Assembly (NCBI RefSeq): GCF_036971445.1
Contig: NC_091471.1
Location: 275,652,001-275,716,000 of the forward strand
Direction: 5' to 3'
Length of the DNA stretch: 64,000 nucleotides
DNA from: Narcine bancroftii
Taxonomy: Eukaryota
Below, one piece after another: positions 1 through 11,570 of this stretch. A program made the translations under genes and the position numbers. The notes below the pieces were generated by a model. That model searched no databases. It saw nothing but the letters and a program-made list of their open reading frames with translations, and was not told the origin of the DNA. Positions within the stretch are counted from its first letter, which is position 1; the number at the start of each line of letters is the position of its first letter.

Positions 1-889
1 CTACGACGATGGACAGCAGTCTCCATCGTTTGAACTGAAATGATTTTGGGATTCATTGAATTACAACAAAGTTGTGTTTCCTTGCATGCTATTAGGGAAA
101 GTGAACATCCAGCTATGTGCATTACAGTGTCTTGTGATCATTGATCCAATCAGATTTGCAATCACGTGTCCATGTGTAATTGCCAGCCAATTCATTTAAA
201 AGTATCTTGAAATGAGACAAAGAGCAACATGTCTCTACTGTGACAAATTCACAGGAAGGGCTACACTGTGTTAACTTGATCAGTTCACACATGCACACAC
301 CCACACTGTATATAGTTACGGTAAATGAAGAAACAGATAAAAAGAACGTTTTTAAATGCTGTAGATTCAGAGCAAATGTGGTTGAGAGGAGAGTGTTGAA
401 GAAGTTTATGGTTATGGCTGGTTTAAGTTGGGGAAGACTGACAAGAATGAAGGGAGATTTAAAAAGAAGATTAATGTAAAGTTGGTGTAAGTGGGTGGTC
501 AATGTTCAGGGTGGGATCAGTGATGAACTGGTTTCCATGATAAACCTTTCTACAACAGCATGTACACAGTCTCAAGGCTGATTGCGAGCATCAGTGAGTG
601 GTCAGAAATATTAAATAGTCGGTCAGGAAGAATCTGAGCGGAAATCTCAGGGATGAATATATAAAACATAGAACAATACAGCATAGTACAGGCCCTTCGG
701 TCCTTGATGATGTGATGACCCATACATCCCTTCCTAAAATAAATGTTGGTGAAGGAATAGAAATAGAAATGAATCATTCGCATTGCTTTGAATGAAAATG
801 CAATCAAAATTAAGAGGACATATTAGTTAATTTTAGGACTGATATCTGTAAATCCTTTGCAGAGTGATTAATATTTGCAATAGATTATG

Positions 890-1410
890 GAGCAAGGACA
901 TTGAAATTATTGCTGAAAGTGCCACACAGGTAGATGGAGTCGTAAAGAATGCTTTTGGCACATTGGCCTTCATGTCTCAAATCACTGAGTCGAGAAGAGT
1001 TGGATGACATGGTGAAATGATATGACATTGGTGAGGCCAAATTTGGAGCATTGTGTGCAGTTTTCATCACCTAACCATAGGAAATATATCAATAAGATTG
1101 AAAAGAGTCCAGAGGAGATTGATAAGATTGTTGCCAGGACTTGAAGAACTGAGTTACAGGGAAAGGCTAAACGGTTAGGTCTTTTTTCCCTGGAGCGTGG
1201 AAGAATGAGGGGAAAATTGATAGAGGTATTTAAAATTATGAGGGGGATAGGCAGAGTAAATGTAGGCAGGTTTTTTCTACCAAGGGTAGGTAAGATAAAA
1301 ACTAAAGGACATGAGTTAAGGGGGAAAGGAGAACATTTTAAAGGGAACATTAGGGGAACTCCTTCACGCAGAGAGTGGTGGGAATGTGGAACAAGCTGCC
1401 AGCTGAAATT
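890..1410 (+). mobile_element. CR1-type LINE 3' fragment (degraded ORF2 C-terminus)
   Basis: Recognisable CR1 motifs: TLVRPNLEHCVQF-like segment at ~1025-1065 and MRGKLIEVFKIMRGIGRV (ORF 1205..1537); frameshifted. Confidence 0.8.
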
Positions 1411-2054
1411 AAGAAAAATTGGACAGGTACCATATAACCATTTACGGAGCGGAAATAGGCCATATTGGCCTTTCGAGTCCACACTGGTTCACTTCTTTTT
1501 TTCTTTCTTCTTCTTTGGCCATGTGGTCACATTGTGAATTACATTGGAATTCCACCTGGCCACTTCCTGGCACTCATACCAAATGACCCTCCCTTCCATT
1601 TTTTCAAACTCTCCTGTTTGGAGAGTTGTGGAAACCAGCCCACATGGTTGAAAGGGATATGGTCTGGGTGCTGGTCAGTGGGATTGGAGGAAAAAAATAG
1701 TTTGGCACAGACTAAAAGGGCCAAAGAGTTCTATGGTTCAAATATGATTCTGGTTGGACTTGATTGAATAGGGTTTTTGTGGCATCATTTGAAAGAGAAG
1801 GTTGTGGGTTTAAATTCCAGTTTAGAAATTGACAAGTTCACTAAGCTGACACCACTCCGAGCTGCTGAGGGAATCCAATGATGTAGAAGGTGCTGTCTTT
1901 CAAACGAGGCATTATCTAGGCCCCAAAAGACCTCAGGGTAGCAGAAAAGATCACATGGTACAATCTCAGAACAGTAGACACCTGGCCAATATTCAATCAT
2001 CATTCGGGGCCCCAAACAGTCATTCCAAATGAAGCAATATTTCATGTGAATCTG

Positions 2055-2420
2055 CAGGGCTCACCTCCTGCATCCAGTGCTCAACATGTGCTATCCTCTA
2101 CATCGGTGAGACTGAACGCAGACTGGGAGATCGCTTTGTTGAGTATCTCAGTTCTGTCCGCTGCAATAGCATTGACCACCCATTTCAATTAATCAATTCT
2201 CACCGTTCCTCTCATCATATCCAATTAACACCTTTTGGATGTTGGTCTGGACTCCTCCCCCTCCCATCCTTCAATCTTTATTCAGATATTTTCCTGTTTT
2301 TTTACTCATACCTTGAAGAAGGGGTCAGGCCTGAAATGTCAGTAATACTCTTTACCTCCTCTGGACACTGCGAAACCAGCTGAGTTCCTCCAGTATTTCC
2401 GCAGACTTTCATGTTTCACA
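2055..2420 (+). mobile_element. Penelope-like element fragment (GIY-YIG remnant and pseudo-LTR end)
   Basis: CSTCAILYIGETERRLGDRFVE at ~2078-2143 resembles the GIY-YIG endonuclease motif C..C...YIGET.R.L..R..EH; followed by the TGAAGAAGGG..AGGCC.GAAA terminal motif and the CTGAGTTCCTCCAG tail seen many times in the window. Confidence 0.7.
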
Positions 2421-3449
2421 ATATTTAGCCCTCAACCATGGTCAGTAAAACAGAAATTTCCTCATAGTTTGTGGGAGCTTGCAGTGGCCCCACCAGTTTC
2501 CTCCTTTCTATACTTTGACAAATTTTGTTCTCAGTGATTGGCCCTTTGACAGCCCAAGATCAAACAGGACGAGAAACAACCACCACCCTTATTTACCTTC
2601 TGATATTGCAATGTGGATAAACTTCATGTTGTTGAATCAATCGAACCATTTAAAATAGCAGTGCTTTTTAGCACAATCTTTCTTGGGAGACAATTCTTCT
2701 GCATTTACAGTAGTTGCACTAAAATGTTTAATATGTTTGAAAAAGACAAGACCAGTTTTGCTTTCTGTGTACAAATCAATGGAACTTATTATGGAGGCTT
2801 CTCCATCCACCCCTCAGACCCTTTTGATCCTTTCAATGATTTGTATTCCACTCACAACCTTTCGTTCTGCCTCACAAAATTTCAACCCCTGATCATGAGT
2901 TCTTAAATGCAGAGCTTATTAGCATCATAAATCCAAAGAAATAATTTAATTTCAGAAAAAAAATCAGAATTTGTGGCCATGAACCTGTGTCACAAAATAT
3001 GGCAGCATCACAGGTGCAAAAAATTGCAAGGAATTACATTTTTAAAAATAAGTGCCCTGAAGAAGAGAAAAAGTGAGAAAATTTCTGGGCTTCACCGACC
3101 ATTCGGAATCTGATGATGACTGGAAGAAGATCAGTCACAAGTTACTTTAAGCAGAAGAGATTTGGCTTAATTTGGCTGTGTTCGGTACAGACATCGAGGG
3201 TCGAAGGGCCTGTTCTTGTACTGTTCTGATTGAAAATGTAATAAATGCGATTTCCCAGCCCTGTCTTCTCTCTCTCTCTCTCTCTGACCCACCAAACCAA
3301 TCTCTACGCCATTCCATTTTCGCATCCTTAACTCTGATGTTTAATAGGGAATTTTGGAAAGCAGTCCCACAACCTACAGCAAAATAACTCAAAAAAGTAG
3401 TCCTAAAGAAGGTGCTGGTGGACGTCAGCACATTGATCTGCATCTGAGA

Positions 3450-3516
3450 GGGGATAAAGAATGGTCAATGTTTTGGACCAGAACCCTTCCCAAAACATTG
3501 ACCATTCTTTATCCCC
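3450..3516. repeat. Perfect 27-bp inverted repeat with 13-nt spacer
   Basis: GGGGATAAAGAATGGTCAATGTTTTGG (3450-3476) and its reverse complement (3490-3516). Confidence 0.95.
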
Positions 3517-5749
3517 CCCCACTGATGTCGCTTCATTTGCAAGTTCGTCCTGCAGATTGCTTTCATGCTCCAGATTCCAGCATCTGGACTCTCTCATGAG
3601 TCCCTAACTCAAAAAATAGTTTGAGTAGTTTTAGAATATTTTCTTATTATCTTTACTATTCAGCTACTTGTTTCAAACTGCTAATTGGTTTAAGAAATGG
3701 ATGGCATGATTAGTCACAAATCACTCTAGTTCAATCACTCGTTTTCAATGAGTAGCACCATTCCAGAGCTCCATCTAATGGCTTACAAAATTGGTGCAAT
3801 GTCTGGTTTAACAATGATTATTGTCATTAATAAAAAAATATGTAATATTATGGGAGATTAGTTTTAGTCTGCCACAAAGCAGACAGAATGGCCACAGCAG
3901 AAATTGCCGGGCATCTCTTACAGTCGGAGAAAGAGAAGAGAAAGAGAGCCCCCTCCCCCCCCCCCCGAGTCAGAGCCAGGATTTGCCTCCAGAGCTCCTG
4001 CAACCTCTGCAGCCACACAGACTCCAGTCCAAACCATCGCAACCCAAGCTCCAGATCCATACCTCCGACATTATTGGGAAGTCCTCAGCACCATTAGCAC
4101 CCTTTTTCATCCCCATTCCAATATCTGGTACCCCTTCAGCAGTCATGAGTTCTTTACAATATCCTAAATGCAGAGCTTATTAGCATCATAAATTCAAAGA
4201 TTTCAGAAATAATTTAATTTCAGAAAAAAAAATCAGAATTTGTGGCCATGAACCTGTGTCACAAAATGTGGCAGTCTGGAGCCTGGCATGAGTTCTTTGA
4301 CCACAGTCGCCCACTTTCTGTGGCCTCCCCATTTTCTGGTGCCCTGCGCCAGTCTTTTGCTTCACCTGAGTCTGTACCCTTTGAGACTGATCATAGGCCT
4401 CACCATTGGGCTTCACTGATCAGCAAACTCAGTGAATACTGGTGAATTAATTGACTTTAGATTCCTACACTCCAAAGGAAAGAATGTCTAAGATGAATTC
4501 TGCAAAGAGCTGCTCCCCAGTATCAATCGGTGTCTGCCGTGTAATTACAGCGGCCACAGTGATGGCAATGGCGATGAATGCAATATTCAGTGGTATTTCA
4601 ATACAACAATATGTGCTTGGATTTCTACCCAGAACCACAGACAGAGGTTGCAGGTTTGGGGGAGAGATTACCTAATTAATATTCCAATGACAGATACTTG
4701 GGGCACACCCGAGACATCCAACATTTGCAAAAAATTGCAAGCGGCAAAATTGAGGCGTAGATAAAAATAGGTTGCACCAATCCTGGAAGAATGTTCTGGA
4801 TAATACACAAATGTGCTGGAGAAACTCAGCAAGTTCTGCAACATCCAGAGGAGACAAAAATATATCACCAATGTTTCGGGCCTGAGCCTTTTGCTTCTGA
4901 GAGTTTTACTCAACCCAAAGTAACAGATGGAGCCTGTCAGCTCCCACAGAGCATTGTCTGGTCCAGACTCTCCCACTTACTGTCATCAAAGACCTTTGTG
5001 ATAAAGGACAGGGAGTTCTGGAGACCTTCGTGTCACACAAACTGTCATAAAAGGATCTACTGCTCCTCTGTATGTCCATCTGTGAGGATGTGACTGACCC
5101 ATCCTCTTCCTTGACTGTGTGGAGGAAGAAGCATCCTGCTCCACTGTGCAAACTCTGGATCAGAAGATGATCTTGGAGGACCCCAAAGCTTGGTGGTTCT
5201 TCACCTCCTGGAGTTCCTCTCTCACATCCACCCCTCTCGACCGGGGTGGTTGGGGGGGATCATCAGTACTTCTACTTCTCTGCGCCCTGGCTGGCTTGTA
5301 TTCTCCCTCTGGAGTTGAAGGGAGACAGCTTCTGCACTGCTCCCGCTCTCCAAGTGTTCCCCTTGTGGTTATGTGTCATGAAGAGTAATAATCAAAAATA
5401 CAACTACAGAAAATATTAATTATTCAAAAATGAAATAAATGTCACCAATATATTTAGGGATTCCCAACAGTTTGGAAATTCATACCTCAGCTCAACTCTA
5501 TTCTACAGAGTTGGAAACAAAAAAAATGACAAAAAATTTTATTCATAATCAAAAAGTGCAGGAAACTTAAAGGGTATTTGACATTAACTCTGTTTCTCTT
5601 TCCACAGATGCGGCCTGACCTGCTGAGTGCTTCCAAAATTTTCTGTTTTTATTTTTGATTTCTGTCAGATTATATTTAATTTACTGCCAAAAATGCCAGA
5701 TCTGTCAATATCAATGTCGATGTGAATTTATTTCATATAAAATGTATAG

Positions 5750-6262
5750 ATTTCAAAGTTCAGATTTATTGTCAGAGTACATACATGACATCACATACAA
5801 CCCTGAGATTCCTTTTCCCATGGGTGAGGGAGAATTACCACTTATTGGCAGTCCAAAAGACTGTACTCAAGAAGATATGCATACATGTAAACAAATAAAG
5901 AAATGTAAACAAACTGTGCAAGACAGAGAGAAAAAAAATCAATGAAGGACAAAATAAGAGTCCTTACAGAGTCCCTGATTGAGTTTGTTGTTGAGGAGTC
6001 TGATGGTGGAGGGGAAGCAGCTGTTCTTGAACCTGGTGGTGCGAGTCTTGTGGCACCGATACCTCTTTCCTGATGGCAGCAGCAGGAACAGAATGAGTGC
6101 TATATGGTGTGGATCGCTGATGATTGCTGGCGCTTTTCGATGGCAGCATTCCCTGTAGATGTTCTCATTTGTGGGGAGGATTTTGCCTGTGGTGTCCTGG
6201 GCTGTGTCCACAACCTTTTGCAGGGATTTATGTTCAGGGTTATTGGTCTCACTGTACCACAT
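5750..6262 (-). mobile_element. Rex1/Babar-like LINE 3' fragment
   Basis: ORF 5939..6262 reads LQKVVDTAQ...DPHH...LLPSGKRYR..KTRTTRFKNSCFPSTIRLLN, the typical C-terminus of this LINE group; AATAAA-containing tail near 5765. Confidence 0.8.
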
Positions 6263-6913
6263 GCACTAAAATTCTGACTTGCTGTAGACAAACAAGTACA
6301 TAAGAGATTTCAGCTACATAGGTAAAAAAAATTGAATTACCATGAATAGCAAGACAGAAAAAGATAAAAATATGAAAGGACATAAATATTCAGTCACATT
6401 TGGTGCAAGGAAAAAAGTCGTGGATAAGGAGCAAAATGAACGCTTCATGCCTTTGAGCTTTCATCAAAGCTGACTGATTTTTCCTCGCTAAGTCAGTGAC
6501 TGTAATATACCTGTAGGGCTCAAATGTTAAGAGTTTCATTGTTTGTGAGCGATGATTAAGCTGTTCATTCAACACAAACACACCCACTGAAGTCAGAACA
6601 GCCAAATTAGGAGTAGAAGTAAACTACTGGCCCATCAAGCCTGTGATACCATCCAATAAGATCATAGCTGATCTGTCTGCAACTTTAATTCCACATTCCT
6701 GGTAACCCTTCACCTCCATTCAAACTTCAAAGTAAGCATGAAGTTCCTGTACAACCAAATTAAGAGCTGCAAAAAGTGAACCTTAGACGTCTAAAATTGG
6801 GGGAGCTATGGGAGAGTGCTGCCTACTGGAAGAGACAGGTAAGGCAAGTTCGCTCAAAAATAGATTCGTCTGTTACTTTCATTGTCATGTAATAATACGA
6901 AAAATGTAATATA

Positions 6914-8050
6914 CACTGCCCTCCAGAATGTTTGGGGCAAAGACACATTTTTTCCTTTATTTGTCACTGTCCTCCACAGTTTTAAAATTGTAATCAAACA
7001 ATTCATAGGTGAATAAAGTGCACATTGCAGATTTTATTCACGGTTATTTGATACATTTTGGTTTGTCCATGTAGAAGTAATAGCACTTTTTAGACATAGT
7101 TCCCCATTTCAGGGCACCATAATGTTTGGGATATTTGGCTTCTCAGGTGTTTGTGAAAACTTGGGTATGTGTAATTGCTTTACTGGTGCAGGTATAAGAG
7201 AGCTGGGCTTCTAAACTTTTGATCACCTCTGGAGTCTGTAGTTGCCATTTTTCCACATGAGGACCAGAGTTGTGCCAATGAAAGTCAAAGAAGCCATTAC
7301 GAGGCTGAAAAACAAGAATAAAACGGTAAGAGACATCGCCCAAACCTTAGGATTACCAAAATCAACAGTTTGGAACATCATTAACATGATGCTGGAGAAA
7401 CTCAGCAGGTCAAACAGTGCCCTTTACATAACAAAGGCAAGAGGTACTGGTGAGCTCAGTAATCGCAAAGGGACTGGCTGGCTAAGGAGGACTTCCCCTG
7501 CTATGACATAAGAATTCTCATCAGAATGAAGAAAAATCCCCAAATACCTGTCCGACAGATCAGAAACACTCTTCAGGAGCCAGGTGTGGATGTGTCATTG
7601 ACTCTGTCCGCAGAAGACTACTGACCCACAGCAGGAGTTGGCCACAGAAACAGGATGAGCAGATTACAGTTTAAAAGAGCCTACAGAATTCTGGAAACAA
7701 GTCTCATGAACAGATGAGACCAAGATTAACCTGTATCAGAATGATGGAGGTGTAAAGGATCTTCCCATGATCCAAAACCAACCACCTCATCTGTGAACAT
7801 ACTGCTAAAGCAACAAAGAAGTTTTTCAAAGCTAAACAGTGGAAAATTTTTGAATGGCTATACCAATCACCTGATCTAAATCTAATCAAGCAGCCTTTGC
7901 ATATACTGAAGACAAAACTTAAGGGACAAGCTCCTGAAACAAGCAGGAGTTGAAGATGGCTACAGTAGAGACTTGGCAAAGAAGATAATCAGCACTTGGA
8001 AATGTCTATCACGGATTTCACGCAGCCATTGCATGCAAGGGATCTGCAAC
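6914..8050 (+). mobile_element. Degraded Tc1-like DNA transposon (left end and decayed transposase)
   Basis: TA followed by CACTGCCCTCCAGAATGTTTGGG at 6914 with an inner direct repeat CATAATGTTTGGGA near 7118; HTH-like KTVRDIAQTLGLPKSTVWNII; TDETKINL near 7712 and W..QSPDLN near 7855. No right TIR seen. Confidence 0.85.
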
Positions 8051-8060
8051 AGGTAATAGT

Positions 8061-8545
8061 AAAAACATGATGCTGGAGAAACTCAGCAGGTCAAACAGTG
8101 CCCTTTACATAACAAAGGTTAAAATACATAACCGACGTTTCGGGCTTGAGCCCTTCATTGAGGAATGGAAAAATGCCATCAGGCATCTGAACAAAGGAGT
8201 GGGGGGGGGGAGGCAAGAGGTAATAAGTGGAGAAGGGAGGAAGGGGACAGCAGGAAACAAGGGGAGGAGGGATGACTAGATGAATAGAGAGGCAAGGGAG
8301 TGGAGAGCTGAAAGGGGGAAGGGAAGGGGAGGTGGGGGAAAGAGGAGAACAGGTTAGCAGAAACTGGAAAAGTTGATGTTAATGACATCAGGCTGGAGAG
8401 TGCCCAGACATAAAATCTACTGTTCCTCCTCCAATTTATGGGTGGTCTTGATGGGATGGTACACAAGACAATGGACAGACATGTGAGCATGGGAGTGTGA
8501 CACAGACCTGAAATGGTTGGCTATTGGGAGGTCTCTGTCACTGGG
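8061..8545 (-). mobile_element. Penelope-like element 3' fragment
   Basis: GCTGGAGAAACTCAGCAGG terminus, hammerhead-like motif at ~8132-8163, purine-rich spacer, and reverse-strand remnants resembling KLEEQ..LG.LQPD.INIDFS.F. Confidence 0.7.
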
Positions 8546-11115
8546 AACCTGAGCTCCAGATCTAAACCTCCGACACAATTAGGAAGCCTCAGTGCCAGAG
8601 GTTCTTTGGGACCTGTTTATGCTTTCAGCACCCACTCGAAACCCAGCTCCAATACATGGTCTGCATAAACCAGTCTCCAGTAGCCCACAGCCCATGTGGG
8701 CTGCGGTGGCAAGTTGCCCGCGTCCTGTATGGGTCCCTCAGCTGCTGAGCCCCTCACTGGCCTGTTGCCGTGGTCACCTTCCCTGTTTTATTGTCTTTGT
8801 GGCTCAGTTTCTTGCTGGAAAACTCGCAATAGAACATATCCAGATGTTATAGCTGCATTTTAGTCACAGATGCCATTGGATGCAATGACATTTAAACTGC
8901 ATTTACATTCATTTTGTTCATGACTGTTCTTCATGGGCATCCTACACTAACTCCAGACTTACCAATATGGTTAACTCACAGGCAAATCGAGATCAGTAAG
9001 AAATGTCGTGAATGCCAGCAACATCAATATCCCATGAGTGAATGAATAAAAGGCCAAGCTGTCAACATCTATCACCATTACTCTCTGAAAGTGATTGCAA
9101 TTTCTGTCACAGGAACCAGAAGTATGACCCTTCTCTCCCACACAGGGCTTGGTTGAAATCCCCACGAATAAAAATCTTTCGATTTTGCTGATTTGGCAAA
9201 CCACTCTTGCTGTAAAAACGCCTTGAAAAATGTTTGTTATGTTGAATGAGATGAAATGGAGATTTAATGACTGATGAACTATAATTATATAAACTCTCTT
9301 ACTCAGAATTAATTGATGTGGAGAGCATCATGCCTTGAACATAATTATTTCAACATTTCATGGTTTATGGAATAATTAAAAATCAAGTTTAACTTAACCT
9401 GTTGGGGAATGTGCACAGCTCTGGTAAGACTGATCTTGATTGCCTATTTTGCTTGTATTTTAGCTCTTCCATAACCTCATCCATACATTCCAATTTTAAT
9501 TTCTTTCCCTGCAAAATGGTTAAAAGGTTAAATAAAATGAGAGCTTCCTACTTCCTACTTTGCTGCCTGTAAGAATTGATGGCTGAAATCATTTAAAGAA
9601 TGGGCCAAAATTAATTTATGTTGGGGGAAAAAGTAAATCAAAGTCAGTGCTATCCATTTTCTGCGCCTTGATATATTTGATATTGCCCCATTCTACTTTA
9701 GTTTTGGTGAAGGGTCCAATCTTTTGTGTGGGAAGGGAAACGTTTGAAGGGTTCAAAGAGCAATGAGTCTGAACACAAGCTGAACACGAGTAATTTCTAC
9801 TGAAAGGGGATTGCAACAGAGATGCCAATACTCTCAATCACAGTATAATCAGTCACATCAAACTCGTATCTGATACTAGCAACTGCTTACACTCATACAA
9901 GCACAGTACAGCCCAGTCACATTGGATACAATGATTGCCAATACTAGCAACTGTTTATGCAGACTTGTATCACAACCAAGGGCTATAATATGCTACCCCC
10001 CCCCCACCCCCCCCCGCTCCTTGTCTAATGTGGGCATGTCTCAAATGCCATCTACAACAACCCCAATCCCTATGTAGGGCACACTTACCAATGACACCTC
10101 CAATGTTGTCCAGTTAGTGACCTGGAGGTGGTTCTGGGTTCACCCAGGGGGCTGAAGAGCAAAAGAGAAAGAGCTGCTCCATATGGTAGATTTTATAGTA
10201 TAGTAAACTGGAGGGTCCAGCCAGGTAATCACTAAGAGATTAAAGGGGCCAATGGTGAGGCGTGCACTAATGGGTGGGCGGAATCCAACCTTGATTGGCA
10301 GTTGATGTGACTTCCGACTAGATATTCATCAGCTGTAAGGGGCGATGGGCAATTTTTTCCTGAAAGTAAATCTTTCTACCTTACAGTAGACTAAAGGAAA
10401 TTTTGTGTAATATCATATTTTCTGTTTATTTATATGACAGTAAAATAATCTTGCATCTTCCCAACTCTCAATCACAATGAATCAAAATAACATAGATGAA
10501 AGTGTCTGATAATGGTTTGATGTAGTCAATTAACATACCCCCTCCCTACAATTTTATTTTTTGCTGATGTAAACGAGAACATCTCATGGTCATGTCAGTT
10601 TACAAACCATATCTCTTGAACAACCTCCTGCCGTGGGTCAGTAACCTTTGCTGTGTGGATAGTACTGTTTATTTACAAAGCTGCTCTGACAATGAGCAAA
10701 AATGTTACCTCTCAGCCATACTGTAGGCTAGTTTCAAGGCATAGTGCCACACAAGTACACACAAAACGGACAACTTTCTGTGAGTTACCTTATTACTAAA
10801 CAAATTACTTTCATCATGCTTAAACATTGGACACGATGGCATAGCACAGTCCAATCTGATCCTACATGATTTGTCAGATCATACATTGATGTGACCCAAA
10901 CAAATCTGCCACATATAGTTGGGTGGCGAGAATCAGAGCATGCTGTCAACAATCTGCTCACTTTTATATGAAAATATCTAACCAGCAGAGGACCACGATG
11001 AGCATATGAAAACAACTTTGTTGACCCATATACAGGTCCAATAGGATATTTTTCGACATTGAAGACACCACTTAATTTAACGCTGCAACAGAGAAGTCCG
11101 GCCAACAATTATGCA

Positions 11116-11570
11116 AAACATCGGTGAGATTGCACATGAAAACTTCTGCACCATTCTGGTCACCCAGCTGTTGGAAAAATAGCATTAAATAGGAAAGGAT
11201 GCAGAAAAGATTCCAAGATTCACGAGAATATTACCAGGATGAATTACAAGGAGAGGCTGGACAGGCTGGGGAGGAGCATAGATTTATTCATAGTATTTTT
11301 CTGAGGGTGGTGGAATCTAAATCTAGATGAGAGGGAAAAGATTTAAAATGGACCTGAGGGCCACTATTTTTACACAAAAGGAGACAATGTGGAACAAACT
11401 GCTGAAGGAATTGGAAGAGCCAAGGATAAACCATTTAAAATGTATTGAGAGAGGTACATGGATAGGAAAGATTTAGAAAGATATGGGCAAAATGCAGGAA
11501 AGTGGGACTAGCTTGGTCGGCATGAACAAGTTGGCCGAAAGGGCCTGTTTCTGTCTGGTAGAACTGTACG
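11116..11570 (+). mobile_element. Old CR1 LINE 3' fragment
   Basis: Degraded ORF2 end plus the GGCCGAAAGGGCCTGTTTCTG tail shared with other CR1 copies here. Confidence 0.7.

Noticed and set aside
6-29. Small hairpin ACGATGGAC-AGCA-GTCTCCATCGT
   Set aside because: Short, at the window edge and compatible with chance.
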